A stretch of 64,000 bases of DNA, taken from an uncultured Planctomycetia bacterium. GTDB lineage: Bacteria > Omnitrophota > Gorgyraeia > VGKH01 > JBHPFN01. Shown here piece by piece: positions 1 to 9,474 of the stretch. The DNA lies in NCBI GenBank assembly GCA_964406665.1, contig CAYOSQ010000005.1:21929-85928 (forward strand). The letters are read 5' to 3'. The first letter of the stretch is position 1; the number at the start of each line of letters is the position of its first letter. Made by a program: the position numbers and the translations under genes. The notes beneath the pieces were generated by a model that saw only the letters and a list, made by a program, of their open reading frames with translations, did not search any database and was not told the DNA's origin.

Positions 1-1
1 T

Positions 2-868
2 GTTTATGGCTTAACGTCTAATTTTGATGAATACAAGAAAAGAATTTTTACTGAGGATGATTCTAGAGCTTATGCCATAAAGTTCTTTGTTAAGGGTTAT
101 GAATATGAATTGTTGGGGTTGTTTAAGTCTGACATTCACCTTTTTGGAGTCAATGAGCGTTCTCGTATATATCTTTGGGGAGCTGATTCTAGAGGGAGAG
201 ACTTGTTTACTCGTATAATTCATGGTTCACGTATATCTCTTAGCATAGGTTTGATTGGGGTAACATTTGCTTTTGTTATTGGTTTACTTGTGGGTGGGAT
301 ATCCGGTTATTACGGAGGTAAGACCGATAATATTATAATGAGAATTTGCGAGATGATTATGATGGTACCAGGATTTTATTTAATGCTTGCTCTTCGAGCT
401 GCTTTTCCACCTAATTTAAGTTCTTTTCAGATTTATATTCTAATAGTTCTTATTTTTTCTTTTATCGGCTGGGCTGGAATGGCAAGGGTTATTAGAGGCA
501 TGAGTATTTCTTTAAGAGAAAGGGAGTATGTTCTTGCTGCTAAGGCTTTAGGTATATCTGATATAAAAATTATCTTCAAGCATATTTTGCCGCATACTCT
601 TTCTTATACGATAGTGGCAGCTACTATGTCTATTCCAGGATATATTTTAGGCGAATCCGGATTAAGTTTTCTAGGATTGGGTATTCAGGATCCACAGGCT
701 AGCTGGGGAAATCTTCTCTCAGAAGCGATGGGAATTGCGCAGATTAAATTTCATCCCTGGATATTGTTGCCAGGGTTGTTTATTTTTATAACTGTAATTT
801 CTTTTAATTTATTTGGGGATTGCTTAAGGGATGTACTTGATCCAAAATTAAAATCTGAGGTTAAGTAG
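2..868 (+). CDS. Oligopeptide/dipeptide ABC transporter permease (OppC/DppC family), 5'-truncated by the window edge
   Basis: Frame is open from base 2. Motifs GADSRGRDLFTRIIHGSRISL, EAA-like REYVLAAKALG, and FLGLG..P..SWG. Confidence 0.93.
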   Translation, partial: VYGLTSNFDEYKKRIFTEDDSRAYAIKFFVKGYEYELLGLFKSDIHLFGVNERSRIYLWGADSRGRDLFTRIIHGSRISLSIGLIGVTFAFVIGLLVGGISGYYGGKTDNIIMRICEMIMMVPGFYLMLALRAAFPPNLSSFQIYILIVLIFSFIGWAGMARVIRGMSISLREREYVLAAKALGISDIKIIFKHILPHTLSYTIVAATMSIPGYILGESGLSFLGLGIQDPQASWGNLLSEAMGIAQIKFHPWILLPGLFIFITVISFNLFGDCLRDVLDPKLKSEVK

Positions 869-869
869 T

Positions 870-1652
870 ATGATAGAGCCACTTCTCAGTATCCAAAATT
901 TAGGCTTAAGTTTTTTCATAAATAGCAAAATCAAGAATATTGTAGAGGGGTTATCTCTAGATATTTATGAAAAAGAGATTGTAGCTCTTGTAGGTGGATC
1001 AGGCAGTGGTAAAACGCTTACAGGTCTTTCTATTTTGAAGTTACTTCCTCAGCAGGCAAAAGCTGCAGGTAAGATTATCTGGCAGGGAGTTGATTTAATG
1101 GAGTTGTCAGAGAAAAGAATGGGATTAATTAGAGGAAAAGAAATTAGCATGGTGTTTCAGGAGCCGTTAAGCAGCCTTAATCCTGTTTTTACCATAGGCT
1201 ATCAAATTGACGAAGTAGTTAAGCTTCATGCTAAAAAGAGAGGTAGAGACGTAAAAGAGTATTCAATTGAACTTCTCAATAAAGTTGGTATTCCTGATCC
1301 CAAAAAAACAATCGACGATTATCCTCATCAGCTTAGCGGTGGCATGCGTCAAAGGGCAATGATAGCTATGAGCATTGCGGCTAATCCTAGGCTGTTGATT
1401 GCTGATGAACCAACAAGTAATTTAGATGTAACTATACAGGCACAAATATTAGAACTATTTTCTAAATTAAAAGATGATTTAAATATCTCAATTATTTTAA
1501 TTACGCATGATTTAAGTATAGTTAAGCATTTATCGGACAGGGTTGCTGTTATGCATAAAGGAAAGATAGTTGAATGTGGCAAAACAGATGGTTTACTGGA
1601 AAATCCTCAACATTATTATACGCGTGATTTACTGGAAGCGGTGAAAATCTAA
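870..1652 (+). CDS. Oligopeptide ABC transporter ATP-binding protein (OppD/DppD-like)
   Basis: Walker A GGSGSGKT, signature YPHQLSGGMRQR, Walker B LLIADEPT. Confidence 0.93.
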   Translation: MIEPLLSIQNLGLSFFINSKIKNIVEGLSLDIYEKEIVALVGGSGSGKTLTGLSILKLLPQQAKAAGKIIWQGVDLMELSEKRMGLIRGKEISMVFQEPLSSLNPVFTIGYQIDEVVKLHAKKRGRDVKEYSIELLNKVGIPDPKKTIDDYPHQLSGGMRQRAMIAMSIAANPRLLIADEPTSNLDVTIQAQILELFSKLKDDLNISIILITHDLSIVKHLSDRVAVMHKGKIVECGKTDGLLENPQHYYTRDLLEAVKI

Positions 1653-2605
1653 TGAGCAAAGTTGTTTTAGATTTAAAAAATGTCTGTAAAGATTTCTCAA
1701 TTAAAAGAGGAATTTTTAAGAGGTCTGCAGGTTGTATAAAAGCGGTTAACAATGTATCGTTTTCTCTGAGCGAAAAAGAAACTTTAGGATTGGTGGGGGA
1801 ATCTGGTTGTGGAAAAACTACATTAGCCAGGGCTATTATTCGGTTAATAGACTCCAATAAAGGAGAAATTGTTTTTAACGGTATTAACTTAGCCAAAATT
1901 TCTAAACGTAAAATTCGTCCCTTGCGTCAGCATATGCAGATAGTTTTTCAGGATCCATATACTAGTTTAGATCCATTATATAAAGTCAAAGATATTATTG
2001 CCGAGGCAATTTTATCTTTTTGGAAAATGGATCAACTGGTGGTTTTAGATAGGGTCAAGGAATTATTGGAATTGGTCAAGCTTCCTCCGGATGTACTGTA
2101 CCGTTATCCGCATGAGTTTAGTGGAGGAGAGCGTCAACGTATTGCTATAGCTCGAAGTTTAGCAACTAATCCTAAGCTGCTTATTTTAGATGAGGCAGTA
2201 TCTAGTCTTGATGTGGTAATTCAGTCTCAAATTATTAGGCTGTTGCTAGAATTGCAAGAGAAGTTAGGATTAACGTATTTATTTATTTCGCATAATTTAA
2301 GAGTTATCAGGGCAGTAAGCACGAAAATTGCTGTGATGTATTTAGGTAAAATTGTTGAAATGGCAGAAACTGAAGAATTGCTTAATCATAAATTACATCC
2401 TTATGCAGAAGCACTTTTTCTTGCTGCGATAGAGATGAAGTCTACGGTAGCTGAAACAGCAGAAATTAAAGAACAGAAAATAAAAGGTTGTCCGTATAGC
2501 CCTAGATGTAAGTTTGCCCAAAATATTTGTCGAGAAGAAGAGCCGGAATTAAAAGAAATCTCTGGCGGACATATGGTTGCTTGTCATTTTCCGCTTGGTA
2601 AATAA
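1652..2605 (+). CDS. Oligopeptide ABC transporter ATP-binding protein (OppF/DppF-like) with C-terminal Cys-rich extension
   Basis: GESGCGKT, YPHEFSGGERQR, HPY motif, and C-terminal GCPYSPRC...C...VACH. Confidence 0.93.
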   Translation: MSKVVLDLKNVCKDFSIKRGIFKRSAGCIKAVNNVSFSLSEKETLGLVGESGCGKTTLARAIIRLIDSNKGEIVFNGINLAKISKRKIRPLRQHMQIVFQDPYTSLDPLYKVKDIIAEAILSFWKMDQLVVLDRVKELLELVKLPPDVLYRYPHEFSGGERQRIAIARSLATNPKLLILDEAVSSLDVVIQSQIIRLLLELQEKLGLTYLFISHNLRVIRAVSTKIAVMYLGKIVEMAETEELLNHKLHPYAEALFLAAIEMKSTVAETAEIKEQKIKGCPYSPRCKFAQNICREEEPELKEISGGHMVACHFPLGK

Positions 2606-2689
2606 GTTTGTAAATCATTAGATATATTCTTGAAAATAAAAATTTTATAGTATATAATAATCCTACTTTCCTAAGGAGTGCTTAAATTT

Positions 2690-3142
2690 ATGTTAAGAAA
2701 AGCTAGGCTTGATGATGCAGATGTAATCAAATCTTTAATAGATTTTTATGCTAAAGAAGATCTTATGATTCCTCGTTCTCTTAACGAGATATACGAGAAC
2801 ATCAGGGATTTTTGGGTATACCAGGAAAATGACACTATTGTTGGTTGTTGTGCCCTGCACGTATTTGGCTGGGAAGGTTTAGCAGAAATAAAATCGTTCG
2901 CGGTTGATCAAGCACATCATAAAAAAGGCATCGGCAAAGAGTTAATCTCGTGTTGTTTAAAAGATGCGACAGAGCTAAGAATAAAAAAAATATTTGTTTT
3001 AACATACGTACCAGAGTTTTTTGAAAAGTTTGGTTTTTCCAGGGTGGATAAATCAATGTTCCCGCAGAAGATTTGGGCCGAGTGTTGCAACTGTCCTAAA
3101 TTTCCAGATTGTAAAGAAATTGCACTTATTAAGAAGTTATAA
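2690..3142 (+). CDS. GNAT N-acetyltransferase, short ArgA-type N-acetylglutamate synthase-like
   Basis: PRSLNEIYENIRDF, LAEIKSFAV, FVLTY, and C-terminal KIWAECCNCPKFPDCKEIA typical of this family. ATG at 2690 follows AAGGAG. Confidence 0.8.
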   Translation: MLRKARLDDADVIKSLIDFYAKEDLMIPRSLNEIYENIRDFWVYQENDTIVGCCALHVFGWEGLAEIKSFAVDQAHHKKGIGKELISCCLKDATELRIKKIFVLTYVPEFFEKFGFSRVDKSMFPQKIWAECCNCPKFPDCKEIALIKKL

Positions 3143-3153
3143 AGGAGGAAGTA

Positions 3154-4311
3154 ATGGATTATATGTTGACTGAAGAACAGATAATGATTAAAGATTTATG
3201 TAAACAGATCGCCGATGAAAAGATTCGTCCGAAAGCTGCGGAATATGATCAAAGTGAACAGTTTCCCGCAGATATTATGAAGATACTGGCACAGTCAGAT
3301 CTTTTTGGGATTTTTGTCCCAGAAGAATACGGTGGAACCGGCGTAAATGTATTAAGTCTATGTCTGGCTACAGAAGAATTTTCTAAGGCCTGCGGAGGTA
3401 TCGCTGTTTGCTATGCTGCGTCTGCTTTGGGTACTTTTCCTATAATTCTTTTTGGGAATGAGGAGCAGAAGAAAAAATATCTACCACCTCTGGCAAAGGG
3501 AGAAAAGATTGCTGCCTTTGGAATAACAGAGCCTGCTGCAGGTTCTGATGCAAGTGCGATTCAAACCACTGCGAAGAAAGCTGGCGACCACTATATTTTA
3601 AATGGAACAAAACATTTTATTACAAATGGCGGCGATGCCGAGATATATGTTGTCATAGCTATGACAGATAAATCAAAAGGTCCGCGTGGTGCATCTGCAT
3701 TTATCGTTGAGAAAGGTACACCCGGTTTTGAATTCGGTAAAAAAGAAGATAAGATGGGTATACGTGCATCTTCTACTAGTGAGTTAATCTTTACTGATTG
3801 TAAGATCCCTAAGGAAAATCTTCTAGCCCGCGAAGGGATGGGTTTTATCGTAACAATGAAGACTTTTGATATGAGTCGTCCCGGAGTTGCTGCTCAAGCT
3901 TTAGGGATTGCTCAAGGTGCTCTTGATGAGGCGGTAAAATACGCCAAAGAGCGTGAGCAATTTGGTAAGAATATAGGAAACTTTCAGGGGATTCAATGGA
4001 TGCTTGCTGATATGGCAACAGAAGTAGAAGCCGCTAGAGCTCTTGTTTATTCGGTTGCCCGCATGCTTGATAATGGTAATACAAAAGTCGCTAAAGAATC
4101 AGCAATGGCAAAGATGTATGCGTCAGATGTTGCTATGCGCGTCTCTACAGATGCTGTTCAGATTCTTGGTGGTTATGGCTATATGAAAGATTATCCAGTC
4201 GAGAAGTATATGCGTGATGCTAAGATTACCCAGATTTATGAGGGGACTAATCAAATCCAAAGAAACATAATCGCATTAAATCTTTTTAAGGAGCTAGCTT
4301 CGAGAAAGTAA
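3154..4311 (+). CDS. Acyl-CoA dehydrogenase (butyryl-CoA dehydrogenase-like)
   Basis: AFGITEPAAGSD, KHFITNG, KMGIRAS, GGYGY, and catalytic IYEGTNQIQR. Confidence 0.95.
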   Translation: MDYMLTEEQIMIKDLCKQIADEKIRPKAAEYDQSEQFPADIMKILAQSDLFGIFVPEEYGGTGVNVLSLCLATEEFSKACGGIAVCYAASALGTFPIILFGNEEQKKKYLPPLAKGEKIAAFGITEPAAGSDASAIQTTAKKAGDHYILNGTKHFITNGGDAEIYVVIAMTDKSKGPRGASAFIVEKGTPGFEFGKKEDKMGIRASSTSELIFTDCKIPKENLLAREGMGFIVTMKTFDMSRPGVAAQALGIAQGALDEAVKYAKEREQFGKNIGNFQGIQWMLADMATEVEAARALVYSVARMLDNGNTKVAKESAMAKMYASDVAMRVSTDAVQILGGYGYMKDYPVEKYMRDAKITQIYEGTNQIQRNIIALNLFKELASRK

Positions 4312-4333
4312 ATTTATTGTATACCAGGTTATT

Positions 4334-4370
4334 AAAAGGCGTTTTGGCTGAATTACCAGAGCGCCTTTTT
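4334..4370 (+). terminator. Intrinsic terminator
   Basis: AAAAGGCGTTTTGG-loop-CCAGAGCGCCTTTTT hairpin with T-tract just after the acyl-CoA dehydrogenase stop. Confidence 0.8.
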
Positions 4371-4452
4371 CATCTTGCCAAATTTACAAAAAAGATGTAA
4401 TATATTTATCTATTGAAGGTATCTTTTAGAGGAAATATAAAAAGGAGGAATC

Positions 4453-5007
4453 ATGGTATTTGGAATAGTTTTATTAGTACTTATACTGATTCTTATTGGA
4501 TGGTTTTTTGGAGTTTATAATTCATTAGTCAAGTTAAGGGTTAGGATTAAAAACGCTTGGTCGCAGATAGATGTTCAGCTTAAGCGTCGCCATGATCTTA
4601 TTCCTAATCTTGTAGAGACCGCTAAGGGATATATGGCACATGAGAAAGATACCCTTGAGAAAGTTATTAAGGCGCGTACTCAGGCAATTGATGCATCAAA
4701 TTTAAAGGATAAGGCTCAGGCTGAGAATTTTCTCACCCAGACTTTACGTTCATTGTTTGCTGTATCAGAGAGATATCCAGATCTTAAGGCAAACCAGAAT
4801 ATGTTAAAACTTCAGGAAGAGCTTACTTCAACGGAAAATAAGATTGCTTTTGCCCGGCAATATTATAACGACGAAGTTATGCGTTTTAATACTGCTATTC
4901 AGGTGGTGCCTAATAATATAGTCTCTGGCATGTGTAATTTTACTAAGGAAGAATTCTTCGAAATAGAAGATGCTTCGCAAAAAGAAACTCCTGAGGTAAA
5001 ATTCTAA
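4453..5007 (+). CDS. lemA: LemA family protein
   Basis: N-terminal TM helix, YNSLV...AWSQIDVQLKRRHDLIPNLV, ERYPDLKAN, ENKIAFARQYYN. Confidence 0.95.
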   Translation: MVFGIVLLVLILILIGWFFGVYNSLVKLRVRIKNAWSQIDVQLKRRHDLIPNLVETAKGYMAHEKDTLEKVIKARTQAIDASNLKDKAQAENFLTQTLRSLFAVSERYPDLKANQNMLKLQEELTSTENKIAFARQYYNDEVMRFNTAIQVVPNNIVSGMCNFTKEEFFEIEDASQKETPEVKF

Positions 5008-5033
5008 ATCCTTAAAACTTTTCTTAAAAACAT

Positions 5034-6698
5034 ATGCCTTTTTCCTTTATAGATATAGAAGAGAAAAAGAGCAGGCTGATATTTCTTGTATTTGCCTCTT
5101 TAATAGTTTTCTATTTTGCCACTGCCTGGCTTTTGGTTTTAGTGGTCAAAAATACCACGTTTCTTTATTACAGCAGTTCCAGAATAACGAAGTTTACTTT
5201 CCCTACAGCAAATCAAACATTCATAGCGTTAATAGTTGCATTTGTGGCCGGTTTGACTCACTGGGCATTTTCAACGCATAATCTTATCCAGAAAATCACC
5301 TCTTCGGTCGATGCTTATTTTGCAGATTCTAAGGATACGTATCATCAGTATTTAAAAAACATTGTAGATGAGGTTTCTGTTGCAGTAGGAGGGAGAAATA
5401 TTGATGCCTATGTTATCCCCTCGTCTGCAATGAATGCATTCTCAATCGCCGATTTTGAGGGTAATGCTGTAATCGGAGCAACAGAAGGTTTGCTTGCCCG
5501 TTTAAACAGGGCACAGATTGAAGCTGTAGTTGGGCATGAAGCTGCTCATATCGTAAGCGGTGATTGTCTTAACGCAACTTTAATATGTTCTTTATCTGAG
5601 CTTTACAGAGAATCATTCTCGAAATTATCTCAAGCAATAAGGGGTTCGCGTGGTAGAGGAGGTATACAGATAATGCCTGTTTTGTTAGTTCTTGGCATTA
5701 TGAATATTCTAAATAAATTATTAAATAGTTTCATTTCGCGACAGAGAGAATATCGTGCTGATGCAGTTGCTGTTAGGCTTACGCGAGACCCTCTTAGCCT
5801 TGCCCAAGCTCTTAAGATTATATCAAGTAAATGGAACGGTGCAGGTTTAAGCGGAGAAAACCTGGAGTCAATTTTCATTGTAAGCCCGAAATTAAATGCT
5901 CTTGATGAAAAAGATGGTTTAGGACCAGATCTTTTTTCTACTCATCCACCAGTAAGAAAAAGAATACAGGTACTTTTAGATATTGCTCATGAGGATGAAA
6001 AAACATTAGAAGAAAATATCAAGAATATGAGAAGGGCTTCTCCGGTTGCTAAAGCAGAATTCACAACTGATAAGCCAAAAGATAAAAAGAAATGGTTTGT
6101 TTTTAAAGAGAGTAAGTGGCAAGGTCCTTTTGGAATTCCAGAATTGAGAACACTGCCGGGTTTTTTACCTACTGATTGGATAAAGCTCGAAGGTGTAAAT
6201 GGCGTATCTGATGCATTTCAAGATAAAGATATTGCAGAGATTTTTGAAGAAAATAATAGTGCTGCAAATGTAGAAAAAACAGGATGTGCATGTCCACATT
6301 GTCATGTTGGCTTAGCTGAAATTAATTATGAGGGTGCGCCAGCTTTTAAGTGTCTGCATTGTGAAGGTGTTTTTGTTGAGCACAGTAAGATCCCACGCAT
6401 ATTAATACGTAAGGATAAGGCTTTTTCAAAAGAAGTTGAGGAGTTAGCCAATGCAGTACACAAAACAAAAAAGCCGACGTATAAAGATTTTGATAAACAT
6501 AAGGGAAGCAAAAGCTGGGTTATTGATTGCCCAAAATGCCATAAAAAAATGAAGAGGCAATATTTTGTTTATTCATATCCAGTAGAAATTGATCGCTGCT
6601 GGAGTTGTAGTGGGATTTGGTTTGATAAGCAGGAGCTGGAAGTCTTACAGTATATCTATGAATATAAAGATAAGTTTTTTTCCGGAAAGCAATTTTAA
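5034..6698 (+). CDS. HtpX-like M48 zinc metalloprotease with C-terminal GYF_2-like segment and two zinc ribbons
   Basis: HEAAH zinc motif, SRQREYRADA, FSTHPP; then WFVFK...QGPF and CPHC..CLHC / CPKC..CWSC. Follows lemA as htpX homologues often do. Confidence 0.85.
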   Translation: MPFSFIDIEEKKSRLIFLVFASLIVFYFATAWLLVLVVKNTTFLYYSSSRITKFTFPTANQTFIALIVAFVAGLTHWAFSTHNLIQKITSSVDAYFADSKDTYHQYLKNIVDEVSVAVGGRNIDAYVIPSSAMNAFSIADFEGNAVIGATEGLLARLNRAQIEAVVGHEAAHIVSGDCLNATLICSLSELYRESFSKLSQAIRGSRGRGGIQIMPVLLVLGIMNILNKLLNSFISRQREYRADAVAVRLTRDPLSLAQALKIISSKWNGAGLSGENLESIFIVSPKLNALDEKDGLGPDLFSTHPPVRKRIQVLLDIAHEDEKTLEENIKNMRRASPVAKAEFTTDKPKDKKKWFVFKESKWQGPFGIPELRTLPGFLPTDWIKLEGVNGVSDAFQDKDIAEIFEENNSAANVEKTGCACPHCHVGLAEINYEGAPAFKCLHCEGVFVEHSKIPRILIRKDKAFSKEVEELANAVHKTKKPTYKDFDKHKGSKSWVIDCPKCHKKMKRQYFVYSYPVEIDRCWSCSGIWFDKQELEVLQYIYEYKDKFFSGKQF

Positions 6699-6712
6699 CC
6701 AAGGGGAAGTGG

Positions 6713-7426
6713 ATGGATTTTACTCAAATGATTAATAATTTGATGACTTCAGAAGGGGGAAGGCAGCTTTTATTTTTTGTCGGTTTTGCAGTTTTAATTG
6801 TATTTATTGTTGCAACAAGAATTATAGGGGAAAAGAAAAGAAGAGAAGCAGTGAGCAATTTAGCCAGAAGGTTAGGCTTTTCTTATTCAAGTGAGTTCAT
6901 TGGAGATGTCGTAAGTTCATGTGGAAACTTTGCACTTTTTGGAAAAGGTCATTCAAAGAAAGCTTATAATGTTCTAAAAGGTTATAGTCAGGATATTTCT
7001 TGGACGATCTTTGACTATAAATACACGGTTGGCCATGGTAAGCATTCTCATACTTATAATCAAACAGTTGCCTCTGCCGAATTATCCGGAGTTAATTTTC
7101 CAAAGTTTTCTTTAGCTCCAGAATCATTTTTTCATAAACTTGGTGATGTTTTTGGTTCTAAAGATATTGATTTTAATACTCATCCTATGTTTTCTAAGAA
7201 ATATCTTTTAAAAGGTTCTGATGAGCAGGCCATTAGAAATATTTTTGTTTCACACATATTAAACTATTTTGAGCAAAAGACAAATGTTCATAATATTGAG
7301 GCAGATGGAGATAAGTTTGTAATTTATGGTTATTGTAAAAGAGTGAAACCAGAAGATTTTCAAAAGTTTTTGTTTGAGATTTCTGGAGCAGCACGTATGT
7401 TAACAAGCGCTGCTTCAGCTCAATAG
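6713..7426 (+). CDS. Hypothetical protein with N-terminal membrane anchor
   Basis: 237-aa ORF with RBS, one TM helix followed by a basic patch, co-oriented with neighbours. Confidence 0.75.
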   Translation: MDFTQMINNLMTSEGGRQLLFFVGFAVLIVFIVATRIIGEKKRREAVSNLARRLGFSYSSEFIGDVVSSCGNFALFGKGHSKKAYNVLKGYSQDISWTIFDYKYTVGHGKHSHTYNQTVASAELSGVNFPKFSLAPESFFHKLGDVFGSKDIDFNTHPMFSKKYLLKGSDEQAIRNIFVSHILNYFEQKTNVHNIEADGDKFVIYGYCKRVKPEDFQKFLFEISGAARMLTSAASAQ

Positions 7427-7437
7427 AGGGAGAGCTT

Positions 7438-8082
7438 ATGTCCGAGAAAAAATTTGATATTTCAGATGCAATAAGTTTCGGATGGGAAACGGTTACAAAA
7501 AATATTGGTTTTTTTATCGCAGTAATGCTGACTATAGGTGCAGTAGCTATACTTTCAAATGTTCTGATGTGGTTTTTGAAAGAGGAGCCCTATGCAATTA
7601 GAACGATTGTTAGCTTGTTGTTTTGGGTAGGTCAGACAATGATTGGCTTAGGATTAGCTAAGATTGCTTTAAAATTTTGTGATGGTGAGGAAGTAAAGTT
7701 TGAAGATTTATTTTCTTGTTTTCCTATGACGCTTAATTATATTGCCGGTATGTTTATTTTCGGTTTAATTGTTATGGGGGGATTTATTTTGTTGATTGTA
7801 CCTGGAATAATCTTCGCAATTCAGTTTCAATTTTGGTTTTTGTTTATTATTGATAAAGGACGTGGTCCAATAGAATCTCTTAAAATGAGTGCAGAAATTA
7901 CTGAAGGAGTTAAGCCGGATCTGTTTGTTTTTGGAATACTGCTGAGTATGATTAATTTTGTTGGTTTTATTTGTTTATTTGTCGGCTCAATAGTTACGAT
8001 TCCACTTGTTACACTTGCTCATGTTTTTGTTTTTCGACAATTGTTAAATTATAGTGGGTCTAAAGATACTCAGCTGGCATAA
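7438..8082 (+). CDS. Integral membrane protein (DUF975-like)
   Basis: Multiple TM helices, GFILLIVPGII and PIESLKMS motifs. Confidence 0.7.
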   Translation: MSEKKFDISDAISFGWETVTKNIGFFIAVMLTIGAVAILSNVLMWFLKEEPYAIRTIVSLLFWVGQTMIGLGLAKIALKFCDGEEVKFEDLFSCFPMTLNYIAGMFIFGLIVMGGFILLIVPGIIFAIQFQFWFLFIIDKGRGPIESLKMSAEITEGVKPDLFVFGILLSMINFVGFICLFVGSIVTIPLVTLAHVFVFRQLLNYSGSKDTQLA

Positions 8083-8091
8083 AGGAGAGGG

Positions 8092-8283
8092 ATGTTCACA
8101 ATTCTAATTTTGAATTTGATTATTGCAGCTATAGGATTTTTTGCAACCGCTAATATAATAAAACCTACTTCACGTAGAGTTATTACCTGGATAGCTATTT
8201 TGATAGTATTGAGTGTTATTGAGTTTTTTGTTTTATCGAAACTGATCGTGGATAGTTATTCAGGAGTTAAATATATTAACTAG
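8092..8283 (+). CDS. Small hypothetical membrane protein with two TM helices
   Basis: 63-aa hydrophobic ORF with strong RBS (AAAGGAGAGG). Confidence 0.65.
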   Translation: MFTILILNLIIAAIGFFATANIIKPTSRRVITWIAILIVLSVIEFFVLSKLIVDSYSGVKYIN

Positions 8284-8299
8284 ATAGTCAAAGACGTTT

Positions 8300-9055
8300 C
8301 TACTTGGCTTTTCCCTGATTTGCAACAGCCTCCATAGCTTTTTTTACTTTTTCCGGATCCCCCAAATAATAACGGTTAAGCGGCTTAAGATTTTCATCTA
8401 GCTCATATACTAGTGGCATGCCAGTAGGTATGTTAAGACTTACAATTTTTTCATCAGAAACATTATCTAGATATTTTACCAAAGCACGCAGGCTGTTTCC
8501 ATGGGCAGCGATGAGAACTTTTTTTCCTGATTTTATTGTTGGTGTAATAGTTTCATGCCAGTAAGGCAGGAATCTTGCTACAGTATCTTTTAAGCACTCT
8601 GTTAGAGGCGTGTCTTTTTCAGCAAGATCTTTGTATCTAGGGTCGTTACCGGGGAAACGCTCGTCTGTTTTCTCAAGGACAGGAGGAGGGGTATCATAGC
8701 TTCTTCTCCAGACAAGCACTTGTTCATCACCATATTTTTTTGCAGTCTCAGATTTATTTAGTCCCTGGAGAGCACCATAGTGTCTTTCATTTAAACGCCA
8801 GGAGCGCAATACTGGTATCCACATCAGGTCCATTTCTTCCAGGGTTATCCACAATGTCTTTATAGCTCTTTTTAGCACGGAAGTAAAAGCGATATCAAAT
8901 TCATAACCTTCTTTTTTTAATACTTGTCCGGATTCATGTGCTTCTTGGGTTCCTTTTTCAGATAGGCCAACGTCTGTCCAGCCGGTAAATCTGTTTTCTT
9001 TATTCCATGTGCTTTCACCATGACGCAAGAGTACTACTTTAATCATTTTTCCCAT
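8300..9055 (-). CDS. gpmA: 2,3-bisphosphoglycerate-dependent phosphoglycerate mutase
   Basis: [36 protein letters not shown]. Confidence 0.97.
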   Translation of the reverse strand: MGKMIKVVLLRHGESTWNKENRFTGWTDVGLSEKGTQEAHESGQVLKKEGYEFDIAFTSVLKRAIKTLWITLEEMDLMWIPVLRSWRLNERHYGALQGLNKSETAKKYGDEQVLVWRRSYDTPPPVLEKTDERFPGNDPRYKDLAEKDTPLTECLKDTVARFLPYWHETITPTIKSGKKVLIAAHGNSLRALVKYLDNVSDEKIVSLNIPTGMPLVYELDENLKPLNRYYLGDPEKVKKAMEAVANQGKAK

Positions 9056-9268
9056 TTTTTCCTCCCAATAGAGTTTATTTCATTTAGTAGTGTTATTATA
9101 TAATAAATAATAATTATTACTATTATTTTTTCCTAAAAATATAAAAGATAACGCTTCCTTTATTTTCTCCACACCCCTTGAAAAGAGTCTATATTATGCT
9201 TTACTATATTATAGATAGACATATCCGAAAATTTCCTTTAGAATAAAGGAGACCTGTAGCTAAATTAT

Positions 9269-9354
9269 TGGCAGGGGCAAACTTAGGGAAACCTAAGGAC
9301 GCAAAGTTTCGGGCCTAAAGAGAAGGATTCCAATGGCAGCCGAGCGTACCGAAA
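9269..9354 (+). ncRNA. c-di-GMP-I (GEMM) riboswitch aptamer
   Basis: GGGGCAAA-CTTAGG-GAAA-CCTAAG-GACGCAAAG-TTTCGGGCCTAAAG...TGGCAGCCGAGCGTACCG. Contains the GGCAAA, GNRA-tetraloop hairpin (9282-9297), GACGCAAAG, CCTAA receptor and 3' TACC elements of the family. Lies in the leader of the pilin operon. Confidence 0.9.
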
Positions 9355-9474
9355 ACGTGGGAAAAATTATAAAAAATCTTTTAGAAGATTTAGCGCGTAA
9401 GTCTAAATTTTTTACTCTGTTTCTTTTTGGGAGCAGAGTTTTTATTTTGGCGAGAATTAAAAAAGGGGGAAGCA

